A DNA stretch of 64,000 nt from Eledone cirrhosa. Its lineage: Eukaryota. The notes beneath the pieces were generated by a model. It had not been told where the DNA came from. It did no database searches and was given only the letters and a program-made list of their open reading frames with translations. Of this stretch, positions 24,101-36,300 are shown in pieces; the first letter of the stretch is position 1, and the number at the start of each line of letters is the position of its first letter. Location: NCBI GenBank assembly GCA_964016885.1, contig OZ024743.1, positions 133,486,001-133,550,000 on the forward strand. The letters run 5' to 3'. The position numbers and the translations under genes were made by a program.

Positions 24101-26840
24101 GCTTGGTGCTTAGTGCTTGGTGTTTGGTGCTTGGTGCTTGGTGCTTGGTGTTTGGTGCTGCGTGCTTGGTGTTTGGTGTTTGGTGCTTGGTGCCTGTTGC
24201 TTGTTGTTTGGTGTTTGGTGCTTAGTGCATGGTGTTTGGTGTTTGGTGCTTGGTGCTTGGTGGCTGGTGCTTGGTGCTTGGTGTTTGGAGTTTGGTGCTT
24301 GGTGCTTGGTGCCTGGTGTTTCGTGCTTGGTGCTTGGTGCTTGGTGTTTGGTGTTTGGTGCTTGGTGTTTGGTGTTTGGAACTTGGTGCTTGGTGCTTGG
24401 TGCTTGGTGTTTGGCGCTTGGTGTTTGATGCTGCGTGCTTGGTGTTTGGTGTTTGGTTCTTGGTGCTTGGTGTTTGGTGTTTGGAGCTTGGTGCCTGCTG
24501 CTTGTTGTTTGGTGTTTGGTGCTTGATGTTTGGTGTTTGTTGCTTGGTGCTTGGTGCTTGGTCTTTGGTGTTTGGTGCTTGGTGCTTGGTGTTTGGAGCT
24601 TGGTGTTTGGTGTTTGGTGTTTGATGCTTGGTGTTTGCTGCTTGGTGCTTGGTGCTTGGTGTTTTGTGTTTGGTGCTTGGTGCTTGGTGCCTGGTGCTTG
24701 GTGCTTGGTGCTTGTTGTTTGGTGCTTGGTGCTTGGTGATTAGTGTTTGGTGCTTGGTGCTTGCGGTTTGATGTTTGGTGCTTGGGGTTTGGTGTTTGGT
24801 GCTTGGTGCTTGGTGTTTGGTGCTTGGTGCTTGGTGCTTGGTGTTTGGTGCTTGGTGCTTGGTGTTTGGTGCTTGGTGCTTGGTGTTTGGTGCTTGGTGT
24901 TTGGTGCTTGGTGCTTGGTGCTTGGTGCTTGGTGTTAGGTGTTTGGTGCTTGGTGCTTGGTGTTTGATGTTTGGTCCTTGGTGCTTGGTGTTTGGTGTTT
25001 GGTGCTTGGTGCTTGGTGTTTGGTGTTTGGTGCTTGCTGCTTGCTGCTTGGTGTTTGGTGCTTGGTGATTGGTGCTTGGTGTTTTGTGCTTGGTGCTTGG
25101 TGTTTGGTGTTTGGTGCTAGGGGCTTGGTGCTTGGTGCTTGGTGTTTGGTGCTTGGTGCTTGCTGTTTGGTGTTTGGTGCTTGGTGCGTGGGACTTAGTG
25201 TTTCGTGTTTGGTGCTTGGTGTTGGGTGCTTGGTGTTTGGTGCTTGGTGTTTGGTGCTTGGTGCTTGGTGCTTGGTGCTTGGGGCTTGGTGTTTGGTGTT
25301 TGGTGCTTGGTGCTTGGTGTTTGATGTTTGGTGCTTGGTGCTTGGGGCTTGGTGTTTGGTGCTTCTGCTTGGGGCTTGGTAGTTGGTGCTTGGTGCTTGG
25401 TGCCTGGTGTTTGGTGTTTGGTGTTTGGTGCTTGGTGTATGGTGCTTGGTGCTTGGTGCTGGGTGGTTGGTGTTTGGTGCTTGGTGCTTGGTGTTTGGTG
25501 CTTGGTGCTTGGTGCTTGTTGTTTGGTGCTTGGTGCTTGGTGCTTGGTCTTTGGTGCATGGTGTTTGGTGTTTCGCGCTTGGTGCTTGGTGCTTCGTGAT
25601 TGGTGCTTGGTGCTTGGTGCTTGGTGTTTGGTGCTTGGTGCTTGGTGATTAGTGTTTGTTGCTTGGTGCTTGGGGTTTGGTGGTTGGTGCTTGGTGCTTG
25701 GTGTTTGGTGTTTGGTGTTTGCTGTTTGCTGTTTGGTGTCTGCTTTTTGGTGTTTGGTGTTTGCTGTATGGTGTTTGCTGTTTCGTATTTGGTTTTTGCT
25801 GTTTGGTGTTTGGTGTTTGCTGTTTGGTGTTTGGTGTTTGGTGTTTGGTGCTTGGTGCTTGGTGTTTGGCGTTTGGTGCTTGGTGCTTGGTGTTTGGTGG
25901 TTGGTGCTTGGTGTTTGGTGTTTGGTGCTTGGTGCCTGGTGCTTGTTGTATGGTGTTTGGTGCTTGGTGCTTGGTGTTTGGTGTTTGCTGCTTGGTGTCT
26001 GGTGTTTGGTGCTTGGTGTTTGGTGTTTGGTGCTTGGTGTATGGTGCTTGGTGCTTGGTGCTGGGTGGTTGGTGTTTGGTGCTTGGTGCTTGGTGTTTGG
26101 TGCTTGGTGCTTGGTGCTTGTTGTTTGGTGCTTGGTGCTTGGTGCTTGGTCTTTGGTGCATGGTGTTTGGTGTTTGGCGCTTGGTGCTTGGTGCTTCGTG
26201 ATTGGTGCTTGGTGCTTGGTGCTTGGTGTTTGGTGCTTGGTGCTTGGTGATTAGTGTTTGTTGCTTGGTGCTTGGGGTTTGGTGGTTGGTGCTTGGTGCT
26301 TGGTGTTTGGTGTTTGCTGTTTGGTGTCTGCTTTTTGGTGTTTGGTGTTTGCTGTATGGTGTTTGCTGTTTCGTATTTGGTTTTTGCTGTTTGGTGTTTG
26401 GTGTTTGCTGTTTGGTGTTTGGTGTTTGGTGTTTGGTGCTTGGTGCTTGGTGTTTGGCGTTTGGTGCTTGGTGCTTGGTGTTTGGTGCTTGGTGCTTGGT
26501 GTTTGGTGTTTGGTGCTTGGTGCCTGGTGCTTGTTGTATGGTGTTTGGTGCTTGGTGCTTGGTGTTTGGTGTTTGGTGCTTGGTGCTTGGTGTTTGGTGT
26601 TTGGTGCTGGGTGCATGGCGTTTGGTGTTTGGTGCTTAGTGCTTGGTGTTTGGTGTTTGATGCTTGGTGTGTGGTGCTTGGTGCTTGGTGTTTTGTGTTT
26701 GGTGCTTGGTGCTTGGTGCCTGGTGCTTGGTGCCTGGTGCTTGGTGTTTGGTGTTTGATGCTTGGTGTTTGGTGTTTGGTGTTTGGTACTTGGTGTTCGG
26801 TACTTGGTGCTTGGTGCTTGGTGCTTGGTGTTTGGTGTTT
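14180..26840 (+). repeat. Tandem duplication of about 6.3 kb (about 14180-20515 and 20515-26840), itself containing two related 3.0-3.3 kb units
   Basis: GGTTGTT landmark 14203/20536 (+6333). ORF pairs 14386/20719 and 16345/22678 (+6333); 16594/22892, 17682/23980, 19302/25600 and 20366/26664 (+6298, after a 35-bp loss near 22750). Confidence 0.92.
19130..20280 (+). repeat. 602-bp (86-monomer) tandem duplication, repeated at about 25430-26580
   Basis: ORF pairs 19302/19904, 19351/19953 and 25600/26202 are all +602. The GTATGG...GCTGGGTGGTT landmark occurs at 19141 and 19743. Confidence 0.88.
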
Positions 26841-27310
26841 GGTGATTGGTGCTTGGTGTTTGCTGTTTGGTGTTTGGTGTTTGGTGTTTGGTGCTTGGTG
26901 CTTGGTGTTTGGCGTTTGGTGCTTGGTGCTTGGTGTTTGGTGCTTGGTGCTTGGTGTTTGGTGTTTGGTGCTTGGTGCCTGGTGCTTGTTGTATGGTGTT
27001 TGGTGCTTGGTGCTTGGTGTTTGGTGTTTGGTGCTTGGTGCTTGGTGTTTGGTGTTTGGTGCTGGGTGCATGGCGTTTGGTGTTTGGTGCTTAGTGCTTG
27101 GTGTTTGGTGTTTGATGCTTGGTGTGTGGTGCTTGGTGCTTGGTGTTTTGTGTTTGGTGCTTGGTGCTTGGTGCCTGGTGCTTGGTGCCTGGTGCTTGGT
27201 GTTTGGTGTTTGATGCTTGGTGTTTGGTGTTTGGTGTTTGGTACTTGGTGTTCGGTGCTTGGTGCTTGGTGCTTGGTGCTTGGTGTTTGGTGTTTGGTGA
27301 TTGGTGCTTG
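26400..27310 (+). repeat. 455-bp (65-monomer) tandem duplication
   Basis: The GCTGGGTGCATGGCG landmark and ORF ends recur at +455 (26616/27071, 26664/27119, 26758/27213). Confidence 0.87.
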
Positions 27311-30300
27311 GTGTTTGATGTTTGGTCCTTGGTGCTTGGTGTTTGGTGTTGTGTGCTTGGTGCTTGGTGCTTGGTGTTTGGTGCTTGGTGCTTGGTGCTT
27401 GGTGTTTGGCGTTTGCTGTTTGCTGTTTGGTGTTTGGTGTTTGCTGTTTGGTGTTTGCTGTTTGGTGTTTGGTGTTTGGTGCTTGCTGTTTGGTGCTTGG
27501 TGCTTGGTGTTTGGTGTTTGGTGCTTGGTGTTTGGTGCTTGGTGCTTGGTGCTGGGTGTTTGGTGCTTGGTGCTTGGTGTTTGGTGCTTGGTGATTGGTG
27601 CTTGGTGTTTGGTCCTTGGTGCTTGGTGCTTGGTCTTTGGTGCTTGGGTTTTGGTGTTTGGTGCTTGGTGCTTGGTGTTTGGTGCTTGGTGCTTGGTGCT
27701 TGGTGCTTGGAGTTTGGTGCTTGCTGCTTGGTGCTTGGTGTTTGGTGCTTGGTGCTTGGTGATTAGTGTTTGGTGATTGGTGCTTGGGGTTTGGTGTTTG
27801 GGGCTTGGTTTTTGGTGCTTAGTGCTTGCTGTTTGGTGTTTGGTGTTTGGTTCTTGGTGCTTGGTGTTTGGTGTTTGGTGTTTGGTGCTTGGTGCTTGGT
27901 GCTTGGTGTTTGGTGCTTGGTGCTTGGTGCTTGGTGTTTGGTGCTGCGTGCTTGGTGTTTGGTGTTTGGTGCTTGGTGCCTGGTGCTTGTTGTTTGGTGT
28001 TTGGTGCTTAGTGCTTGGTTTTTGGTGTTTGGTGCTTGGTGCTTGGTGGCTGGTGTTTGGTGCTTGGTGTTTGGAGTTTGGTGCTTGGTGCTTGGTGCAT
28101 GGTGTTTCGTGCTTGGTGCTTGGTGCTTGGTGTTTGGTGTTTGGTGCTTGGTGTTTGGTGCTTGGTGTTTGGTGCTTGGTGCTTGGTGCTTGGTGTTAGG
28201 TGTTTGGTGCTTGGTGCTTGGTGTTTGATGTTTGGTCCTTGGTGCTTGTTGTTTGGTGTTTGGTGCTTGGTGCTTGGTGTTTGGTGTTTGGTGCTTGCTG
28301 CTTGCTGCTTGGTGTTTGGTGCTTGGTGATTGGTGCTTTGTGTTTTATGCTTGGTGCTTGGTGTTTGGTGCTAGGGGCTTGGTGCTTGATGCTTGGTGTT
28401 TGGTGCTTGGTGCTTGCTGTTTGGTGTTTGGTGCTTGGTGCGTGGGACTTAGTGTTTGGTGTTTGGTGCTTGGTGTTTGGTGCTTGGTGTTTGGTGTTTG
28501 GTACTTGGTGCTTGGTGCTTGGTGCTTGGTGTTTGGTGCTTGGTGTTTGATGCTGCGTGCTTGGTGTTTGGTGTTTGGTGCTTGGTGCTTGGTGTTTGGT
28601 GTTTGGAGCTTGGTGCCTGGTGCTTGTTGTTTGGTGTTTGGCGCTTGGTGCTTGTTGTTTGGTGTTTGGTGCTTGGTGCTTGGTGCTTGGTATCTGGTGT
28701 TTGGTGCTTGGTGTTTGGTGTTTGGTGCTTGGTGCCTGGGGCTTGTTGTTTGGTGTTTGGTGCTTAGTGCTTGGTGTTTGGTGTTTGGTGCTTGGTGCTT
28801 GGTGGCTGGTGCTTGGTGCTTGGTGTTCGGAGTTTGGTGCTTGGTGCTTGGTGCTTGGTGTTTTGTGCTTGGTGCTTGGTGCTTGGTGTTTGGTGTTTGG
28901 TGCTTGGTGTTTGGTGCTTGGTGTTTGGTGCTTGGTGCTTGGTGCTTGGTGTTAGGTGTTTGGTGCTTGGTGCTTGGTGTTTGATGTTTGGTCCTTGGTG
29001 CTTGTTGTTTGGTGTTTGGTGCTTGGTGCTTGGTGTTTGGTGTTTGGTGCTTGCTGCTTGGTGTTTGGTGCTTGGTGATTGGTGCTTGGTGTTTTATGCT
29101 TGGTGCTTGGTGTTTGGTGCTAGGGGCTTGGTGCTTGATGCTTGGTGTCTGGTGCTTGGTGCTTGCTGTTTGGTGTTTGGTGCTTGGTGCGTGGGACTTA
29201 GTGTTTGGTGTTTGGTGCTTGGTGTTTTGTGCTTGGTGTTTGGTGCTTGGTGCTTGGTGTTTGGTGTTTGGTGCTTGGTGCTTGGGACTTGGTGTTTGGT
29301 GCTTAGTGTTTGGTGCTTGGTGTTTGGTGCTTGGTGCTTGGTGCTTGGTGTTTGGTGTATGGTGTTTGGTGCTTGGTGTTTGGTGCTTGGTGCTTGGTGC
29401 TGGGTGGTTGGTGTTTGGTGTTTGGTGCTTGGTGATTGGTGCTTATTGTTTGGTGCTTGGTGCTTGGTGCTTGGTGCTTGGTCTTTGGTGCTTGGTGTTT
29501 GGTGTTTGGTGCTTGGTGCTTGGTGCTTGGTGATTAGTGTTTGGTGCTTGGTGCTTGGTGCCTGGTGCTTTGTGCTTGGTGCTTGTTGTTTGGTGCTTGG
29601 TGCTTGGTGATTAGTGTTTGGTGCTTGGTTCTTGGGGTTTGCTGTTTGGTGCTTGGGGTTTGGTGTTTGGTGCTTGGTGCTTGGTGTTTGGTGCTTGGTG
29701 CTTGGTGTTTGGTGCTTGGTGCTTTGTGTTTGGTGCTTGGTGTTTGGTGCTTGGTGCTTGGTGCTTGGTGCTTGGTGTTAGGTGTTTGGTGCTTGGTGAT
29801 TGGTGTTTGATGTTAGGTTCTTGGTGCTTGGTGTTTGGTGTTTGGTGCTTGGTGCTTGGTGTTTGGTGTTTGGTGCTTGCTGCTTGGTGCTTGGTGTTTT
29901 GTGTTTGGAGTTTGGTGCTTGGTGTTTGGTGCTAGGGACTTGGTGCTTGGTGCTTGGTGTTTGGTGCTTGGTGTTTGGTTTTTGGTGCTTGGTGCGTGGG
30001 ACCTGGTGTTTGGTGCTTGGTGCCTGGTGCTTGGTGTTTGGTGTATGGTGCTTGGTGTTTGGTGCTTGGTGTTTGGTACTTGGTGTTCGGTGCTTGGTGC
30101 TTGGTGCTTGGTGCTTGGTGTTTGGTGTTTGGTGCTTGGTGCTTGGTGTTTGATGTTTGGTCCTTGGTGCTTGGTGTTTGGTGTTGTGTGCTTGGTGCTT
30201 GGTGCTTGGTGTTTGGTGCTTGGTGCTTGGTGCTTGGTGTTTGGCGTTTGCTGTTTGCTGTTTGGTGTTTGGTGTTTGCTGTTTGGTGTTTGCTGTTTGG

Positions 30301-33300
30301 TGTTTGGTGTTTGGTGCTTGGTGCTTGGTGTTTGCTGCTTGGTGCTTGGTGCTTGGTGTTTGGTCCTTGGTGCTTGGTGCTTGGTCTTTGGTGCTTGGGT
30401 TTTGGTGTTTGGTGCTTGGTGCTTGGTGCTTGGTGCTTGGTGCTTGGTGCTTGGTGTTTGGTGCTTGCTGCTTGGTGCTTGGTGTTTGGTGCTTGGTGCT
30501 TGGTGATTAGTGTTTGGTGATTGGTGCTTCGGGTTTGGTGTTTGGGGCTTGGTGTTTGGTGCTTGGTGCTTGCTGTTTGGTGATTGGTGTTTGGTTCTTG
30601 GTGCTTGGTGTTTGGTGTTTGGTGTTTGGTGCTTGGTGCTTGGTGCTTGGTGTTTGGTGCTTGGTGCTTGGTGCTTGGTGTTTGTTGCTGCGTGCTTGGT
30701 GTTTGGTGTTTGGTGCTTGGTGCCTGGTGCTTGTTGTTTGGTGTTTGGTGCTTAGTGCTTGGTGTTTGGTGTTTGGTGCTTGGTGCTTGGTGGCTGGTGT
30801 TTGGTGCTTGGTGTTTGGAGTTTGGTGCTTGGTGCTTGGTGCCTGGTGTTTCGTGCTTGGTGCTTGGTGCTTGGTGTTTGGTGTATGGTGCTTGGTGTTT
30901 GGTGTTTGGTACTTGGTGCTTGGTGCTTGGTGCTTGGTGTTTGGTGCTTGGTGTTTGATGCTGCGTGCTTGGTGTTTGGTGTTTGGTGCTTGGTGCTTGG
31001 TGTTTGGTGTTTGGAGCTTGGTGCCTGGTGCTTGTTGTTTGGTGTTTGGCGCTTTGTGCTTGGTGTTTGGTGTTTGGTGCTTGGTGCTTGGTGCTTGGTG
31101 TCTGGTGTTTGGGGCTTGATGTTTGGTGTTTGGTGCTTGGTGTTTGGTGTTTGGTGCTTGGTGCTTGGTGTTTGGTGCTTGGTGTTTGATGCTTGGTGTT
31201 TGATGCTTGGTGTTTGCTGCTTGGTGCTTGGTGCTTGGTGTTTTGTGTTTGGTGCTTGGTGCTTGGAGCCTGGTGCTTGGTGCTTGGTGCTTGTTGTTTG
31301 GTGCTTGGTGCTTGGTGATTAGTGTTTGGTGCTTCGTGCTTGCGGTTTGGTGTTTGGTGCCTGGGGTTTGGTGTTTGGTGCTTGGTGCTTGGTGTTTGGT
31401 GCTTGGTGCTTGGTGTTTGGTGTTTGCTGTCTGGTGTTTGCTGTTTGGTGTTTGGTGTTTGGTGCTTGCTGTTTGGTGCTTGGTGCTTGGTGTTTGGTGT
31501 TTGGTGTTTGGTGCTTGGTGCTTGGTGTTTGGTGCTTGGTGCTTGGTGCTGGGTGTTTGGTGCTTGGTGCTTGGTGTTTGGTTGTTGGTGCTTGGTGCTT
31601 GGTGTTTGGTCCTTGGTGCTTGGTGCTTGGTCTTTGGTGCTTGGGTTTTGGTGTTTGGTGCTTGGTGCTTGGTGTTTGGTGCTTGGTTCTTGGTGCTTGG
31701 TGCTTGGTGTTTGGTGATTGCTGCTTGGTGCTTGGTGTTTGGTGCTTGGTGCTTGGTGATTAGTGTTTGGTGATTGGTGCTTGGGGTCTGCTGTTTGGTG
31801 CTTGGTGTTTGGTGCTTGGTGCTTGCTGTTTGGTTTTTGGTGTTTGGTTCTTGGTGCTTGGTGTTTGCTGTTTGGTGTTTGGTGCTTGGTGCTTGGTGCT
31901 TGGTGTTTGGTGCTTGGTGCTTGGTGGTTGGTGTTTGGTGCTGCGTGCTTGGTGTTTGGTGTTTGGTGCTTGGTGCCTGGTGCTTGTTGTTTGGTGTTTG
32001 GTGCTTAGTGCATGGTGTTTGGTGTTTGGTGCTTGGTGCTTGGTGGCTGGTGCTTGGTGCTTGGTGTTTGGAGTTTGGTGCTTGGTGCTCGGTGCCTGGT
32101 GTTTCGTGCTTGGTGCTTGGTGCTTGGTGTTTGGTGTTTGGTGCTTGGTGTTTGGTGTTTGGTACTTGGTGCTTGGTGCTTGGTGCTTGGTGTTTGGTGC
32201 TTGGTGTTTGATGCTGCGTGCTTGGTGTTTGGTGTTTGGTGCTTGGTGCTTGGTGTTTGGTGTTTGGGGTTTGGTGCTTGGTGCTTGGTGCTTGGTGTTT
32301 GGTGTTTGGTGCTTGGTGCTTGGTGTTTGGTGCTTGGTGTTTGGTGTTTGGTGTTTGATGCTTGGTGTTTGCTGCTTGGTGCTTGGTGCTTGGTGTTTTG
32401 TGTTTGGTGCTTGGTGCTTGGTGCCTGGTGCTTGGTGCTTGGTGCTTGTTGTTTGGTGCTTGGTGCTTGGTGCTTGGTGTTTGGTGCTTGGTGCTTGGTG
32501 CTTGGTGTTTGATGTTTGGTGCTTGGTGTTTGGTGCTTGGTGTTTGGTGCTTGGTGCTTGGTGCTTGGTGTTAGGTGTTTGGTGCTTGGTGCTTGGTGTT
32601 TGATGTTTGGTCCTTGGTGCTTGTTGTTTGGTGTTTGGTGCTTGGTGCTTGGTGTTTGGTGTTTGGTGCTTGCTGCTTGCTGCTTGGTGTTTGGTGCTTG
32701 GTGATTGGTGCTTGGTGTTTTATGCTTGGTGCTTGGTGTTTGGTGCTAGGGGCTTGGTGCTAGATGCTTGGTGTTTGGTGCTTGGTGCTTGCTGTTTGGT
32801 GTTTGGTGCTTGGTGCGTGGGACTTAGTGTTTGGTGTTTGGTGCTTGGTGTTTTGTGCTTGGTGTTTGGTGCTTGGTGCTTGGTGTTTGGTGTTTGGTGC
32901 TTGGTGCTTGGGGCTTGGTGTTTGGTGCTTAGTGTTTGGTGCTTGGTGTTTGGTGCTTGGTGCTTGGTGCTTTGTGTTTGGTGTATGGTGTTTGGTGCTT
33001 GGTGTTTGGTGCTTGGTGCTTGGTGCTGGGTGGTTGGTGTTTGGTGTTTGGTGCTTGGTGATTGGTGCTTATTGTTTGGTGCTTGGTGCTTGGTGCTTGG
33101 TGCTTGGTCTTTGGTGCTTGGTGTTTGGTGTTTGGTGCTTGGTGCTTGGTGCTTGGTGATTAGTGTTTGGTGTTTGGTGCTTGGTGTTTGGTGCTTGGTG
33201 CTTGGTGCTGGGTGGTTGGTGTTTGGTGTTTGGTGCTTGGTGATTGGTGCTTATTGTTTGGTGCTTGGTGCTTGGTGCTTGGTGCTTGGTCTTTGGTGCT

Positions 33301-36300
33301 TGGTGTTTGGTGCTTGGTGTTTGGTGTTTGGTGCTTGGTGCTTGGTGCTTGGTGATTAGTGTTTGGTGCTTGGTGCTTGGTGCCTGGTGCTTGGTGCTTG
33401 GTGCTTGTTGTTTGGTGCTTGGTGCTTGGTGATTAGTGTTTGGTGCTTGGTGCTTGGGGTTTGGTGTTTGGTGCTTGGGGTTTGGTGTTTGGTGCTTGGT
33501 GCTTGGTGTTTGGTGCTTAGTGCTTGGTGTTTGGTGCTTGGTGCTTTGTGTTTGGTGCTTGGTGTTTGGTGCTTTGATGCTTGGTGCTTGGTGCTTGGTG
33601 TTAGGTGTTTGGTGCTTGGTGATTGGTGTGTGATGTTAGGTTCTTGGTGCTTGGTGTTTGGTGTTTGGTGCTTGGTGCTTGGTGTTTGGTCTTTGGTGCT
33701 TGCTGCTTGGTGCCTGGTGTTTTGTGTTTGGAGTTTGGTGCTTGGTGTTTGGTGCTTGATGCTTGGTGTTTGGTGTTTGGTGTTTGGTGTTTGGTGCTTG
33801 GTGCTTGGTATTTGATGTTAGGTTCTTGGTGCTTGGTGTTTGGTGTTTGGTGCTTGGTGCTTGGTGTTTGGTGTTTGGTGCTTGATGCTTGGTGCTTGGT
33901 GTTTTGTGTTTGGAGTTTGGTGCTTGGTGTTTGGTGCTTGGTGCTTGGTGTTTGGTGTTTGGTGTTTGGCGTTTGGTGATTGGTGTTTGGTGTTTGGTGC
34001 TTGGTGTTTGGTGCTTGGTGCTTGGTGCTTGGTCCTTGGTGCTTGGTGTTTGGTATTTGGAGCTTGGTGCTTGGTGTTTGGTGTTTGGTGCTTGCTGCTT
34101 GCTGCTTGGTGTTTGGTGCTAGGGACTTGGTGCTTGGTGCTTGGTGTTTGGTGCTTGGTGTTTGGTGTTTGGTGCTTGGTGCGTGGGACTTGGTGTTTGG
34201 TGCTTGGTGTTTGGTGCTTGGTGTTTGGTGCTTGGTGCCTGGTGCTTGGTGTTTGGTGTTTGGTGCTTGGTGTTTGGTGCTTGGTGTTTGGTACTTGGTG
34301 TTCGGTGCTTGGTGCTTGGTGCTTGGTGCTTGGTGTTTGGTGTTTGGTGCTTGGTGCTTGGTGTTTGATGTTTGGTCCTTGGTGCTTGGTGTTTGGTGTT
34401 GTGTGCTTGGTGCTTGGTGCTTGGTGTTTGGTGCTTGGTGCTTGGTGCTTGGTGTTTGGCGTTTGCTGTTTGCTGTTTGGTGTTTGGTGTTTGCTGTTTG
34501 GTGTTTGCTGTTTGGTGTTTGGTGTTTGGTGCTTGGTGCTTGGTGTTTGGTGCTTGGTGCTTGGTGCTTGGTGTTTGGTCCTTGGTGCTTGGTGCTTGGT
34601 CTTTGGTGCTTGGGTTTTGGTGTTTGGTGCTTGGTGCTTGGTGTTTGGCGCTTGGTGATTGGTGCTTGGTGCTTGGTGTTTGGTGCTTGCTGCTTGGTGC
34701 TTGGTGTTTTGTGCTTGGTGCTTGGTGATTAGTGTTTGGTGATTGGTGCTTCGGGTTTGGTGTTTGGGGCTTGGTGTTTGGTGCTTGGTGCTTGCTGTTT
34801 GGTGATTGGTGTTTGGTTCTTGGTGCTTGGTGTTTGGTGTTTGGTGTTTGGTGCTTGGTGCTTGGTGCTTGGTGTTTGGTGCTTGGTGCTTGGTGCTTGG
34901 TGCTTGGTGTTTGGTGCTGCGTGCTTGGTGTTTGGTGTTTGGTGCTTGGTGCCTGGTGATTGTTGTTTGGTGTTTGGTGCTTAGTGCTTGGTGTTTGGTG
35001 TTTGGTGCTTGGTGCTTGGTGGCTAGTGTTTGGTGCTTGGTGTTTGGAGTTTGGTGCTTGGTGCTTGGTGCCTGGTGTTTCGTGCTTGGTGCTTGGTGCT
35101 TGGTGTTTGGTGTATGGTGCTTGGTGTTTGGTGTTTGGTACTTGGTGCTTGGTGCTTGGTGCTTGGTGTTTGGTGCTTGGTGTTTGATGCTGCGTGCTTG
35201 GTGTTTGGTGTTTGGTGCTTGGTGCTTGGTGTTTGGTGTTTGGAGCTTGGTGCCTGGTGCTTGTTGTTTGGTGTTTGGCGCTTGGTGCTTGGTGTTTGGT
35301 GTTTGGTGCTTGGTGCTTGGTGCTTGGTATCTGGTGTTTGGTGCTTGATGTTTGGTGTTTGGTGCTTGGTGTTTGGTGTTTGGTGCTTGGTGCTTGGTGT
35401 TTGGTGCTTGGTGTTTGGTGCTTGGTGTTTGATGCTTGGTGTTTGCTGCTTGGTGCTTGGTGCTTGGTGTTTTGTGTTTGGTGCTTGGTGCATGGAGTCT
35501 GGTGCTTGGTGTTTGGTGCTTGTTGTTTGGTGCTTGGTGCTTGGTGATTAGTGTTTGGTGCTTGGTGCTTGCGGTTTGGTGTTCGGTGCTTGGGGTTTGA
35601 TGTTTGGTGCTTGGTGCTTGGTGTTTGGTGCTTGGTGCTTGGTGCTTGGTGTTTGGTGCTTGGTGCTTGGTGTTTGGTGCTTGGTGCTTGGTGTTTGGTG
35701 TTTGGCGTTTGCTGTTTGCTCTTTGGTGTTTGGTGTTTGCTGTTTGGTGCTTGGTGCTTGGTGTTTGGTGTTTGGTGTTTGGTGCTTGGTGCTTGGTGTT
35801 TGGTGCTTGGTGCTTGGTGCTGGGTGTTTGGTGCTTGGTGCTTGGTGTTTGGTTGTTGGTGCTTGGTGCTTGGTGTTTGGTCCTTGGTGCTTGGTGCTTG
35901 GTCTTTGGTGCTTGGGTTTTGGTGTTTGGTGCTTGGTGCTTGGTGTTTGGTGCTTGGTTCTTGGTGCTTGGTGCTTGGTGTTTGGTGATTGCTGCTTGGT
36001 GCTTGGTGTTTGGTGCTTGGTGCTTGGTGATTAGTGTTTGGTGATTGGTGCTTGGGGTTTGCTGTTTGGTGCTTGGTGTTTGGTGCTTGGTGCTTGCTGT
36101 TTGGTGTTTGGTGTTTGGTTCTTGGTGCTTGGTGTTTGGTGTTTGGTGTTTGGTGCTTGGTCCTTGGTGCTTGGTGTTTGGTGCTTGGTGCTTGGTGCTT
36201 GGTGTTTGGTGCTGCGTGCTTGGTGTTTGGTGTTTGGTGCTTGGTGCCTGGTGCTTGTTGTTTGGTGTTTGGTGTTTGGTTCTTGGTGCTTGGTGTTTGG

